From a bacterium (GTDB lineage Bacteria > Bdellovibrionota_G > JALEGL01), in assembly GCA_022763185.1 (NCBI GenBank), contig JALEGL010000008.1, positions 67,012 to 131,011 of the forward strand: a DNA stretch of 64,000 nt, given 5' to 3'. Shown one piece after another: positions 31,134-40,983 of this stretch (the first letter of the stretch is position 1; each line of letters starts with the position of its first letter). Below the pieces are notes generated by a model. It worked only from the letters and a program-made list of their open reading frames with translations, did no database searches and had not been told where the DNA came from. The translations under genes and the position numbers were made by a program.

Positions 31134-31463
31134 TCAATATATTTTTGCTTTATCTTGCCAGATTTTTATGGCCTCCTGCCAGCTAGGAATAGTTTCAGAT
31201 TCATAGCCGTGGGTTTTGCCTGTGGCAATGTTGTTAAATTGCTTGATTGCTTGCATGTGTACACCAGAATAAAGAAAACGCTGCATATCTTCTTTGCTTT
31301 CCCAAGCGGTAAGGGTGTGCGCATAACCGTTAACATTTTTTGTTTGGCAATAGACGTTACCAGATGCATTCCTTGCTTGATTAAAGCAAGGAATGGCGTA
31401 GCGATAAAACTTTAACCTTGCTATAAAATTTTTAGGTTTTAGGCCTGTGATAGAAATATACAT
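31134..31463 (-). CDS. DUF3291/ABM-like dimeric alpha-beta barrel protein (ORF track start 31496)
   Basis: MYISITGL, HTLTAWESKEDMQRFLYSGVHMQAI, PSWQEA pattern. Confidence 0.7.
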   Translation of the reverse strand: MYISITGLKPKNFIARLKFYRYAIPCFNQARNASGNVYCQTKNVNGYAHTLTAWESKEDMQRFLYSGVHMQAIKQFNNIATGKTHGYESETIPSWQEAIKIWQDKAKIY

Positions 31464-31554
31464 CGCTTGTGGGATATATACGATAATAGATATCAAACAA
31501 ATTTTTAACCGTGATTTAAAAAGTATTTTTAAAATTTAGGCCTAAAATTTAGTT

Positions 31555-31630
31555 TGGAGCCTCCCGCCAGAATCGAACTGGCGACCTACTCATTACGAAT
31601 GAGTTGCTCTACCAACTGAGCTAGGGAGGC
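31555..31630 (-). tRNA. tRNA-Thr (anticodon CGT)
   Basis: Reverse complement GCCTCCCTAGCTCAGTTGGTAGAGCAACTCATTCGTAATGAGTAGGTCGCCAGTTCGATTCTGGCGGGAGGCTCCA: 76 nt cloverleaf, D-loop GG, GTTCGA T-loop, encoded CCA. Confidence 0.98.
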
Positions 31631-31679
31631 TAAAAACCTTACCATTTTTTTGATCTTTTTATTTCATTCAGAACGTATA

Positions 31680-34202
31680 CTATTCTAATATTTTTACAGC
31701 AATCTCCATGGTGACGTCTTCGGCTTTTTGATCTTCAGGGAGCTTAAAGTTTTTGCTGCCATGTTTGATGTAGGGACCGTACTTACCTTCCATGACCACC
31801 ACTTTTTTATTGGTTTCTGGATGTTTGCCCAAGTCTTTGATGGTTTTGGATCCACGGCGGCCCACACGTTCTTCCGCTAAAATTTCAACTGCACGTTCTA
31901 AAGTTAGAGTATAGATATCATCATCTTTTTTGACTGAGCGGGTTTCGTCGTTGTGGGATAAGTATGGACCAAAGCGGCCTTTGTTGGCAATGATAGGTAA
32001 ACCGGTTTCTGGGTGCTTGCCCACCTCATAAGGTAAAACTAAAAGTTTAACCGCATCCTCTAAGCTTAAGTTTCTGTAATCGTATTCACGCGTTACGCTG
32101 GCACGTTTGGGTTTGGGGTTGTCATCGGTTACTTCACCCAATTGAACATAAGGGCCATATCGTCCAATCAGTACATAAATATCTTCGCCTGTATCAGGGT
32201 GTTTGCCAATGGATTCAGGGCCTTTTTCTGAAGCTTCAATAATATCTTTGACCATTTCCTGGCTTAAATCAGCAGGGGCAACGTCTTCAGGGATGGAGGC
32301 ACGCACGTCTTCAACACCAGCATTTTTATCGCCCGGTTTCACCAAGAAAGGCCCAAAACGGCCAACGCGTATCTGGGCATCAAAGTCCTGATTAAGATAA
32401 ACCTGCCTGGATTCATCGGCGTTAATCTCTTCTTCTTTTCTTTCTGCTTGTTTGAGTAAGCCATTTTTTCCCAAGTAAAAGCTTTTTAAATATGGAAGAG
32501 ATTCTTGTTTGCCAACAGCAATTTCATCCAAGGTTTCTTCCATTTTTGAAGTAAAGCCGTAGTCGACCAAATCAGCAAAATGTTTTTCTAAAAGTTGCAT
32601 CACCACGAAGCCAGTGAAGCTAGGAATCAAGGCTGTTCCTTGTTTGCGCGCGTAGTTGCGATCAAGAATAGTGCTGATGATAGAGGCATAGGTAGACGGT
32701 CGACCAATGTCTTCTTTTTCCAAACGTTGTACCAAAGATGCTTCAGTGAAGCGTGCAACAGGTTTGGTTTTATGACCATCCACCAAAAGCTCAGATAGTT
32801 TAACGCTATCGTTTTCTTTTAAGTCGGGCAATAGGTTTTCTTTATCATCCAAAGCAGCATCTGGATCATCTTTTCCTTCAACGTAGGCTCTTAAAAAACC
32901 AGGAAATACAATGGTCATACCGCTGGCCTGAAACACTGAATCTTCTGCCTCAAGTTTTACAATCATCGAGCGTTTTTTGGCTTCTGCCATTTGGCAGGCC
33001 AAGGTACGTTTCCAAATTAAGTCATACAAAGCCAATTCTTGTCCAGATACACCGGTATCTTTGGGGTGAACAAACTCATTGCCAGCAGGACGGATGGCTT
33101 CATGCGCCTCTTGCGCACCTTTTTTACCACTGTATTGTCTTACTGTGGATGACAAGTACTCCTTGCCATACAGTTTTTCTACACTTTTACGGGCGCCTTC
33201 AATGGCTTGCTTGGATAGCGTAGGAGAGTCTGTTCTCATATATGTGATCAAACCTTGTTCATACAATGCCTGAGCTGTACGCATGGTTTGCCGGGCCGAC
33301 ATACCTAATTTACGGTTGGATTCTTGTTGCAAGGTTGAGGTGATAAAGGGTTTTGCAGGGTTGGAGGTAAAGTCTTTAAATTCTACGCTTTGCACGGTCC
33401 AACTTGCTTTATCTAGCTTATCTTTAATCTTTGTGACTTGATCTTCATTAAAAACCACATAATCTTGTGGTTTAAAAAGCTTACCTGTTTCTGGGTTAAA
33501 GTCTTTACCTGTTGCAAGACGTTTACCCTCATGACTGATAAATTTGGCTTCAAAATCAATTTTATCTTTATTCAAGGTGGCTTTTAGATCCCAGTATTCT
33601 GCCTGAACAAACTTCATGCGTTCACGCTCACGCTCAACCAGTAAGCGTAAGCCAGCTGACTGCACGCGACCAGCAGATAAGCCATAGGCTATTTTTTTCC
33701 AGATTAAGGGAGATAATGTAAAACCAACCAATCTATCTAAAATACGACGGGTTTCCTGTGAAGAGACCAGGCGTTGATCAACATCTCTGCAATCTTGCAG
33801 TGCTTGAGTAATGGCAGCTTTGGTGATTTCATGAAAGACCATGCGTTTGACGGGGACTTTGGGTTTGAGCAATTGGAGCAAATGCCAAGAAATACTTTCT
33901 CCCTCTCTATCTTCATCTGTTGCCAGATACAGTTCATCGGCTTCTTTAAGCAGTTTGCGCAGTTGGGTAATGATTTTACCCTTACCCCTTTGGGTGACAT
34001 ACAAAGGTTCAAAGTCATTTTCAACATTGATGCCTAGACGTGCCCAAGGTTCTTTTTTGTATTTTGCTGGGACATCGGCTGCAGTTTGTGGAAGGTCTCG
34101 GACATGTCCAAAGCTGGCTTCTACACTAAAGCCTTTGGGAAGAAATTTTTTAATGGTTTTGGCTTTGGTTGGGGACTCAACAATTACAAGTTTTTTGGCC
34201 AT
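31680..34202 (-). CDS. topA: DNA topoisomerase I with zinc-free C-terminal repeats
   Basis: LVIVESPTKAKTI, ATDEDREGE, SAGRVQS, ITYMRTDS (catalytic Tyr), QEAHEAIRP, IGRPSTYA; four G(R/K)(F/Y)GP(F/Y) repeats, no CxxC ribbons. Confidence 0.97.
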   Translation of the reverse strand: MAKKLVIVESPTKAKTIKKFLPKGFSVEASFGHVRDLPQTAADVPAKYKKEPWARLGINVENDFEPLYVTQRGKGKIITQLRKLLKEADELYLATDEDREGESISWHLLQLLKPKVPVKRMVFHEITKAAITQALQDCRDVDQRLVSSQETRRILDRLVGFTLSPLIWKKIAYGLSAGRVQSAGLRLLVERERERMKFVQAEYWDLKATLNKDKIDFEAKFISHEGKRLATGKDFNPETGKLFKPQDYVVFNEDQVTKIKDKLDKASWTVQSVEFKDFTSNPAKPFITSTLQQESNRKLGMSARQTMRTAQALYEQGLITYMRTDSPTLSKQAIEGARKSVEKLYGKEYLSSTVRQYSGKKGAQEAHEAIRPAGNEFVHPKDTGVSGQELALYDLIWKRTLACQMAEAKKRSMIVKLEAEDSVFQASGMTIVFPGFLRAYVEGKDDPDAALDDKENLLPDLKENDSVKLSELLVDGHKTKPVARFTEASLVQRLEKEDIGRPSTYASIISTILDRNYARKQGTALIPSFTGFVVMQLLEKHFADLVDYGFTSKMEETLDEIAVGKQESLPYLKSFYLGKNGLLKQAERKEEEINADESRQVYLNQDFDAQIRVGRFGPFLVKPGDKNAGVEDVRASIPEDVAPADLSQEMVKDIIEASEKGPESIGKHPDTGEDIYVLIGRYGPYVQLGEVTDDNPKPKRASVTREYDYRNLSLEDAVKLLVLPYEVGKHPETGLPIIANKGRFGPYLSHNDETRSVKKDDDIYTLTLERAVEILAEERVGRRGSKTIKDLGKHPETNKKVVVMEGKYGPYIKHGSKNFKLPEDQKAEDVTMEIAVKILE

Positions 34203-34415
34203 AAGACGGTTCCTTTACTTTTGTGCGTGTACTTAAATATTGCGTAACACGTCGGGTTTTGTGCAATTTTGTCATAAAATAATAAAAAGCACAGCTTTTA
34301 TGGCCGATTTTTGCCATAAATGTCAAATTTCAATATAGCAATTGTGGAAGATATGATTATTTTTCCGTCAAGTGAGCCGATTTGATGGGAAAACTTAGAA
34401 AATTAAGGGAAAAAC

Positions 34416-35405
34416 ATGGAAAAAACACTTTCACCGGAATGCATTAGAATCACTGAGGACGCAGCCATTGCCTGTGCCCGTTTGATGGGAAAAGGTGATA
34501 GAAATGAAGCAGATCAGCTGGCCACGCAAGCCATGCGCAAGACCATGGATGATATTGATATGTGTGGCACCATTGTGATTGGTGAAGGCGAGCGAGATGA
34601 AGCACCCATGCTGTATATAGGTGAAAAAGTGGGCCGTTATAAAAATGGCAATGAGAGTCAGTATTTGCCAGAAATTGATATTGCGGTTGACCCACTTGAA
34701 GGGACCAATTTGGTGGCCACTGGTCAAGCCAATGCCATTACCGTACTGGCGGCATCAGAAAAAGGTGGTTTGATGCATGCTCCAGATACCTATCTCAATA
34801 AGTTGTGTGTGGGACCAACGTCTGCTGGACAAGTGGATATTAACCTTGAACCCAAAGAAAATCTAAATAGAATAGCCAAAGCTTTAAAACGTGAAGTCAG
34901 TGATTTAACCGTGGTTATTTTGGATAGACCGCGGCATAAAGAGCTGATTGAGCAAGTGCGTAAAGCTGGCGCAAGAATCAAATTGATTGGTGATGGAGAT
35001 TTGTCTGCCGCCATCAGTTGTGCCATTCGTGGAACCAATATCCATGCAGTGATGGGGATTGGAGGAGCACCTGAGGGTGTATTGGCTGCAGCGGCTCTTA
35101 AATGTTTGGGGGGAGAAATTCAGGCTAAGTTTTGCTTTAGAAACGATGAAGAAAAACAACGTGCTAAAAAAATGGGCCATGATAATTTAGATAAGGTGCT
35201 TCACACCAATGATCTTGCACCAGGAGAGAATATTGTTTTTGCATGTACCGGTGTAACCAGTGGAGATTTGTTGACAGGGATTCGTTATTTTGGTGGCGGA
35301 GCCAGAACCCACTCATTGGTTATGTCTTACCAAAGCCGTATTTTTAGACTGGTGGATACAGTTCACATGTTTGATAAAGACAAAAACGCGCCTATTATTT
35401 TGTAA
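34416..35405 (+). CDS. glpX: Class II fructose-1,6-bisphosphatase
   Basis: VIGEGERDEAPMLYIGE, DIAVDPLEGT, LDRPRH, DGD, GIGGAPEGV, TGVT. Confidence 0.97.
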   Translation: MEKTLSPECIRITEDAAIACARLMGKGDRNEADQLATQAMRKTMDDIDMCGTIVIGEGERDEAPMLYIGEKVGRYKNGNESQYLPEIDIAVDPLEGTNLVATGQANAITVLAASEKGGLMHAPDTYLNKLCVGPTSAGQVDINLEPKENLNRIAKALKREVSDLTVVILDRPRHKELIEQVRKAGARIKLIGDGDLSAAISCAIRGTNIHAVMGIGGAPEGVLAAAALKCLGGEIQAKFCFRNDEEKQRAKKMGHDNLDKVLHTNDLAPGENIVFACTGVTSGDLLTGIRYFGGGARTHSLVMSYQSRIFRLVDTVHMFDKDKNAPIIL

Positions 35406-35704
35406 GTAGTGTGTAGGGCTAAGTGTTAAAAATAAAACAGTAATTCAATTGATTTTTAGCACGGGAGCGTTGTTTTTTTGTTTGTAGCTATGGTTATGTT
35501 TTTACAGCTCCAAGTTGTACTTCAGAGTTTGAAGGATGTTATTATAGAGTTGACCCGATTATTCTGCAGCAAGCCTTAAAGTGTCAAGTCTATCATATGC
35601 TAGAGAGATTGTTTAGTTTAGCTTTGGTGGCTTTACAGATTGAAATAATAGAAAAGTTTTCTAAAAAGCAGCAAAGATAAAAACTCTGTTGTAGTTTAAT
35701 AAAC

Positions 35705-36757
35705 TCAATACCAGATATAAGGACCTAAACCTATACTGGTGCTTATTTTTTTTTGTAAGTGAGGATCCATAGAAGGAAGATCTTCATTGTATTGTTCGCG
35801 GTCAAACCAAAGTTTTATAAAGGGTAGGTCACAAGTGTTTGCCTCCCCGTCACATAGTTCCTGATTCATAGACGTGGTGCGCAAGTATTTTTTTTGACCA
35901 ATTAAACAATCTTTAGAATTAAAGTAACAGTAAAGTTTTGATGCAATATTAATGACACGAACTTTATCTCCCAAGGTTACTTTTTCATTGCTTGAAAACT
36001 CAGTTTTTTCTATACCGTCTCCAACAACATAGGGTGCTTCAGTTATATCAGCATCTGCGGTTAAATAACGATAAGACAGTCTTTGGTACCATGGTCTATC
36101 TAAACGATTGGAAGCTTGATTCATCAGATCATTTATTTTTTCAATCAATAAAAAGCTTAAAACTTCAGTTGTTCCTGCGGCAAGTACGGTCGCACCTATG
36201 GTTACGGCATTTGACCCTAAAGTAACCCCACCGGCGACTTGAAAGCCATACCGACTGCCCATAAAGACAAGTCTACCAACATATGTTCCAGGTATCATAC
36301 TTACAGCGATTTGACTTGTAAGGCTAAGAGCTCCATGCGCTTGATCTTGAGAGAAAACCGGGTAAGCGCTAGGGTCAATTAAGACCCAGCCATCATCAAT
36401 AATATGAATACAATCTATGCCTTTAGCATCAACGGTATGCAGGTGCCCGTTTTTGTCATAATAGCTGCGTGTTCTATGGTTATAAATGTCCATATTATTG
36501 AATAAATAATACGTGTCTTCAGCTTCCTCAAGCTTAATGTAAGGGCACAGTAGATAAAGCTGATATTCAGGGTAGTCTCGGTGCGGTTCACGATGAATAT
36601 AGTAGGGTTCTTGCTGATCTTGTCCAGAATACATGCCTGATTGAGAAAATTGAAATTCTTGAATGAACTCTGGAGGCAAAGATTCAGCGTCATGGTTTTG
36701 CGCATAGGCATGGCCTAATAAACAATACACTTGAAATATGAACAGTAGCCATCTCAT
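35705..36757 (-). CDS. Hypothetical secreted protein with Gly-rich hydrophobic segment
   Basis: 350 aa, signal peptide HAYA|Q, internal GFQVAGGVTLGSNAVTIGATVLAAGTTEVLSFLLI, six Cys in the mature part. Confidence 0.7.
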   Translation of the reverse strand: MRWLLFIFQVYCLLGHAYAQNHDAESLPPEFIQEFQFSQSGMYSGQDQQEPYYIHREPHRDYPEYQLYLLCPYIKLEEAEDTYYLFNNMDIYNHRTRSYYDKNGHLHTVDAKGIDCIHIIDDGWVLIDPSAYPVFSQDQAHGALSLTSQIAVSMIPGTYVGRLVFMGSRYGFQVAGGVTLGSNAVTIGATVLAAGTTEVLSFLLIEKINDLMNQASNRLDRPWYQRLSYRYLTADADITEAPYVVGDGIEKTEFSSNEKVTLGDKVRVINIASKLYCYFNSKDCLIGQKKYLRTTSMNQELCDGEANTCDLPFIKLWFDREQYNEDLPSMDPHLQKKISTSIGLGPYIWY

Positions 36758-36809
36758 TGTATAAAATACATACCATAATTATGCGATGCATTAAAGTGTT
36801 TTTTATGTC

Positions 36810-36839
36810 TTGACAAGGTGCTTGTTGAAGCGATAAACA
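36810..36839 (+). promoter_or_regulatory. Possible sigma70 promoter for the 36850 gene
   Basis: Consensus TTGACA at 36810-36815; only a weak -10 (TAAACA, 18-bp spacer). Confidence 0.3.
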
Positions 36840-36849
36840 ATGTCGCAAT

Positions 36850-38016
36850 ATGTTACTTAGACAAATTGTAGGGATTGTTTTTTTACTTTTTTGCTCAACA
36901 AAAACGGTCTTTGCGCAAAATCAAGAACAGCTCAATCGTAAAAAGCTAGAGTTGCTAAATTATGTCAAAGAAAAAGTTCATCCTCAGCTTGAGCAAGCCA
37001 TAATAGAGTCCGAAGAAAGTGCTGATTCACGTTGGAAAATATTTGGTGCTGGTTCTCTTAGCGTTGGTGGTTTTATTGTTTTACGCCATCAAATGGTTTT
37101 GAAATCTTTAAATAGTAAAATGAATAGTTTATTGCAAGACCAACAGCGTTTAGATCTGCAAATTGCACAACAAAGAAGAAATGCTGCCAGTACAATCAAT
37201 GAAATGCGGGTGGCAAGAGCACAAGCCAGATCAGGTGTTGTTTTAAACGGGGTTTTTAATTCAGAGGGAGTAACGGTTCCTCCGCATCAACAGTTGGATG
37301 GGCTGACACGGCAACTGTCAAATGTTGATGAAGCTGGTTTGAATAACTGGTGGGGTTTGTTGCGGGAGCAAAGAGCGCTTGAAACACGGGTAGATGTTAT
37401 GTCCAGAGCTGGACAAACGGTATCAACGGCAGAGCTTGATGACGTTATTGAAAAAATTACAAAGCTCGAGAATGAATTGTTTGCAAACGGTCAGCGTAAT
37501 GTTGCCATAGAAGTTCAAAAAATTAGAGCCGACTCGCAAAGACTCCAACAATTATTAAACGATGCAAAAGCAAATCTCAATGAAGCCAATTTAAGAGCCT
37601 CTGCTATTTCAGATGAGGTGGGTCACTTAAGAACTAGCATTAAAGCTCATAATTTACGGTACATCCGTATTGGCGCTATTGCTATGGGTGCTTTGACAGC
37701 TTTGGGCTATGCCGGCAATATGTATTGGATCTACGAGCGATACAAAGATTATTTTGGTCAAACGCTCAGTGCCCAGAAGCTTTCATCGTCTTCCAGTTAC
37801 ACACAGAAACAAAACACCCTTTATCTTATGGCTAAAAACCATATTATAGGTAGTAGCTACCAAGATTGCCCAGAACAAGATTATGCTTGGGTGCATGAAA
37901 ACTTGCGAGATGAAGAGGAAGTAGAGCATGTGCAAGATTGGATCGATGCCATGTATGCAGTGTGTTTACAGCTAAGTCTGATGGATGAAACAGCCTGTAA
38001 AACCTCAGGCTCTTGA
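36850..38016 (+). CDS. Hypothetical secreted coiled-coil protein with two hydrophobic helices
   Basis: 388 aa, signal peptide TVFA|Q, hydrophobic segments IFGAGSLSVGGFIVL and IGAIAMGALTALGYAGNMYWIY flanking a long Q/L/E/R-rich helical region. Confidence 0.72.
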   Translation: MLLRQIVGIVFLLFCSTKTVFAQNQEQLNRKKLELLNYVKEKVHPQLEQAIIESEESADSRWKIFGAGSLSVGGFIVLRHQMVLKSLNSKMNSLLQDQQRLDLQIAQQRRNAASTINEMRVARAQARSGVVLNGVFNSEGVTVPPHQQLDGLTRQLSNVDEAGLNNWWGLLREQRALETRVDVMSRAGQTVSTAELDDVIEKITKLENELFANGQRNVAIEVQKIRADSQRLQQLLNDAKANLNEANLRASAISDEVGHLRTSIKAHNLRYIRIGAIAMGALTALGYAGNMYWIYERYKDYFGQTLSAQKLSSSSSYTQKQNTLYLMAKNHIIGSSYQDCPEQDYAWVHENLRDEEEVEHVQDWIDAMYAVCLQLSLMDETACKTSGS

Positions 38017-38031
38017 TCTTACTCTATAAAA

Positions 38032-39021
38032 TTAAAGTTGTTTTGCTATATCCTGAGCAGCGTAAGTAAGAATGCCACTGCAGCCAGCTCTTTTTAAGGC
38101 AATGAGGCTTTCTAACATACAGGCCTGGTCATCCAAATAGCCTTTTTCTGCCGCAGCTTTGAGCATGCTATACTCCCCGCTGACATGATAGGCAAAGGTT
38201 GGTACTTTAAATGTCGTTTGTACTCTATGAATAATATCCAAGTATGGAAGACCGGGTTTAACCATAACCATATCTGCGCCTTCTTTTAAATCTTGTTCCA
38301 CTTCATCTAGAGCTTCTAGGGCATTGGCTGGATTTTGTTGGTAAGTGCGTTTATCGGTTTTTAAATTGGACTTTGAACCCACCGCATCTCTAAAAGGGCC
38401 ATAAAAAGCAGAAGCATATTTTGCAGCATAAGACATGATCAGCGTGTTATGAAACTGAGCATGTTCAAGGGTATTGCGAATAGCCTTGATACGGCCATCC
38501 ATCATGTCCGAGGGACCTAAAATATCACAACCTGCTTGCGCTTGCACCAAGGCTTGTTGGCTTAAAATTTCAACCGTTTCATCGTTATCAATATTGCCTT
38601 GAGCATCCAAGATTCCATCATGACCGTGCGTGGTGTAGGGATCTAAAGCCACATCGCACATGATGCCTAAATTAGGGCAAGTAACCTTAACAGCCGCAAC
38701 CGCTCTGCAAATTAAATTGTTGGGATTTGTGGCTTCAATGCCGTCATCGGTTTTTAAACTTGGATCGATTTTGGGAAACAAGGCAATGCAGGGAATGCCC
38801 AGGTCTTGGGCCTCTTTGGCTTTTTTAACCAAGAGATCAATGCTGTACCTAAAAACACCGGGCATGCTGTTGATGGCTTCTTGTTTGTTTGTGCCATCAA
38901 TAACAAAGCATGGCCAAATAAAGTCTTGGGCGGATAAGGATGTTTCAGCCACCAAGTCACGTAGCCATGAGCTTTTTCTGAGTCTGCGCATGCGATTAAG
39001 AGGAAAATCTGCTTTGTACAT
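38032..39021 (-). CDS. hemB: Porphobilinogen synthase (Mg/K-type, no catalytic Zn)
   Basis: RMRRLR, SMPGV, DVALDPYTTHGHDG (Asp-rich in place of Cys), PSDMMDGR, YAAKYASAFYGPFRDA, MVKPG, YHVSGEY. Confidence 0.97.
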   Translation of the reverse strand: MYKADFPLNRMRRLRKSSWLRDLVAETSLSAQDFIWPCFVIDGTNKQEAINSMPGVFRYSIDLLVKKAKEAQDLGIPCIALFPKIDPSLKTDDGIEATNPNNLICRAVAAVKVTCPNLGIMCDVALDPYTTHGHDGILDAQGNIDNDETVEILSQQALVQAQAGCDILGPSDMMDGRIKAIRNTLEHAQFHNTLIMSYAAKYASAFYGPFRDAVGSKSNLKTDKRTYQQNPANALEALDEVEQDLKEGADMVMVKPGLPYLDIIHRVQTTFKVPTFAYHVSGEYSMLKAAAEKGYLDDQACMLESLIALKRAGCSGILTYAAQDIAKQL

Positions 39022-39033
39022 ACTTAAGGTCTC

Positions 39034-39372
39034 CTAAGCAAAGTTACCAGAGAGTTGTTCGCCCCCAAGAATATGAAAGTGTAGATGAGGGACACTTTGT
39101 CCACCATGTTGTCCAATGTTGTTGACCACTCTGTATCCTGTTTCAGATAGCCCCAAATCGGAAGCTATTTTAGGGATTTGTAACATCATGTGGGCAATTA
39201 AATTTTGATGATCTTGGGTTAAGTCATTGAGTGAAGGAATGGCTAACTTGGGGATGAGTAGGGCATGCACTTTTGCCTGCGGTGCAACATCTTTGATGCA
39301 GATACAGCGTTCATCTTCATAAAGAACGGTGGATGGAAGTTCTTTGGCTATAATTTTTTCAAACAAAGTCAT
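39034..39372 (-). CDS. Histidine triad nucleotide-binding protein (Hint/PKCI) (ORF track start 39411)
   Basis: TLFEKII, DVAPQAKVHALLIPK, GYRVVNN, GGQSVPHLHFHILGG. Confidence 0.95.
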   Translation of the reverse strand: MTLFEKIIAKELPSTVLYEDERCICIKDVAPQAKVHALLIPKLAIPSLNDLTQDHQNLIAHMMLQIPKIASDLGLSETGYRVVNNIGQHGGQSVPHLHFHILGGEQLSGNFA

Positions 39373-39478
39373 GACTTGAAAATAGCATGATTTCACTGAT
39401 CCCCAAAACATTGCCGCATTCAGAATAAAAAACTAGGATTGCGTTGAGTCATGGAGATGAAAATGTTATGCATACGCT

Positions 39479-40435
39479 ATGAGTGAAAAGCAATACTGCA
39501 AGCCGAGTCAAGAAACATTAAAAGAAACTTTAGATTCTGAAAGTTATCAAGTCACACAAAACAATGGCACAGAAAGAGCCTTTGCCAATCAATATTGGGA
39601 TCACAAAGAGCCTGGTATTTATGTCGATGTTGTTTCTGGAGAGCCCTTGTTTTCATCCTTGGATAAATACGATTCAGGCTCGGGTTGGCCAAGTTTTACG
39701 CGTCCTGTGGAAAAAAACAACATCGTTGAAAAAGAAGACAGAAAATTATTCATGAAGCGTACAGAAGTTCGCTCAAAACATGCTGATTCGCATTTAGGGC
39801 ATGTTTTTCCAGATGGACCGGCACCCACGGGCATGCGTTATTGTATTAATTCAGCAGCGTTGAGATTTGTGCCAGTCAAGGATTTAGAAAAAGAAGGTTA
39901 CGCAGAGTTTAAGTCTTTATTTGAGGGGGAGCATACAATGAAAAAGGTTCAAAAAGATACAGCAATTTTAGCAGGAGGCTGTTTTTGGGGTGTTGAACAG
40001 TTAATTAGACAATTAGAGGGTGTTTTAAGCACAGAAGTTGGCTATACGGGTGGAGATCTAGAAAACCCAAAATATGAGCAAGTAAAAACGGGTAATACAG
40101 GGCATGCCGAAGCTATAAAAATTGAGTTTGACCCGAGTAAAATTAGTTTTGAACAGATTTTAGAGTTCTTTTTTAAAATGCATGATCCTACTACCCTCAA
40201 TCAGCAAGGCAATGATGTGGGAAGTCAGTATCGATCCGCAATATTTTATCAAAATGAAGAGCAACGAAAAACTGCGCAAGATGTGATTGCTAAAGTTGAA
40301 GAATCTGGTTTTTGGTCCAAACCTATTGTGACCGAAGTTGTTGAACAAAGGCCGTTTTATTCAGCTGAGGATTATCATCAAGATTATTTGCAAAAAAATC
40401 CTGGTGGCTATACCTGTCACTTTGTAAGACAATAA
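39479..40435 (+). CDS. msrAB: Bifunctional methionine sulfoxide reductase, MsrB-MsrA order
   Basis: Msr[34 protein letters not shown]; Msr[33 protein letters not shown]. Confidence 0.96.
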   Translation: MSEKQYCKPSQETLKETLDSESYQVTQNNGTERAFANQYWDHKEPGIYVDVVSGEPLFSSLDKYDSGSGWPSFTRPVEKNNIVEKEDRKLFMKRTEVRSKHADSHLGHVFPDGPAPTGMRYCINSAALRFVPVKDLEKEGYAEFKSLFEGEHTMKKVQKDTAILAGGCFWGVEQLIRQLEGVLSTEVGYTGGDLENPKYEQVKTGNTGHAEAIKIEFDPSKISFEQILEFFFKMHDPTTLNQQGNDVGSQYRSAIFYQNEEQRKTAQDVIAKVEESGFWSKPIVTEVVEQRPFYSAEDYHQDYLQKNPGGYTCHFVRQ

Positions 40436-40522
40436 AGCCTGCGTCTATAGAGTCCAGTGGTATTTTTTTGCTCACTCTAATTATGATGTAACTGTTTAAA
40501 ATTATTGATTTAAAATGCTCTA

Positions 40523-40981
40523 TTGTTTGGCATAACCTATGCAATATTTAGTGGCATGAGAAAAATTAAGGAAGTTTGCCGTAACGACAATAAAAAACTA
40601 ACAAGAAAATTAAGAATACTGAGTGTGGTGTTATGTTTAATTTTTGCTTTAAACAATTCGGTTAAAGCCAAAACATTAGCGGTCAGTGAAGATTTTAAAG
40701 TATCCATTGACTCTATTACGGATGGAAATATTGACCAAGCCTTAATGCGCTTTGTGGGGTCGGAACAGTGTTCTACTGAAGTGTTAAAAGTAAGACATGA
40801 GCTCGATCAAGAGCAAATAGCTCTTGCAGTAGATGCAGCAGAAAACGGACCTCTTTTAGATGAGAATGCTGAAACACTCAATCTTGAGAGCAAAACCATA
40901 CATGCCTTAAAACAGTGTGCTGAAAATTTAAACATTTCCTTAGCCGCCGTATTGGAAATGTATGTCTTGGCCAATGGCTAG
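40523..40981 (+). CDS. Hypothetical exported protein (start uncertain, ATG at 40556 plausible)
   Basis: Basic N-terminus, hydrophobic LSVVLCLIFAL, VKA|K site, acidic helical mature part with two Cys. Confidence 0.6.
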   Translation: MFGITYAIFSGMRKIKEVCRNDNKKLTRKLRILSVVLCLIFALNNSVKAKTLAVSEDFKVSIDSITDGNIDQALMRFVGSEQCSTEVLKVRHELDQEQIALAVDAAENGPLLDENAETLNLESKTIHALKQCAENLNISLAAVLEMYVLANG

Positions 40982-40983
40982 TT

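Noticed and set aside
31134..31630. tRNA-Thr as an integration site for an island
   Set aside because: No integrase, and I saw no duplicated tRNA 3' end elsewhere in the window; only one small gene lies between the tRNA and leuS.
33737..34236. Antisense and alternative-frame ORFs over topA (and likewise over hppA, hemB, ftsH, nqr, leuS)
   Set aside because: Shadow ORFs of strongly conserved genes; no motifs, SD sites or independent coding signal.
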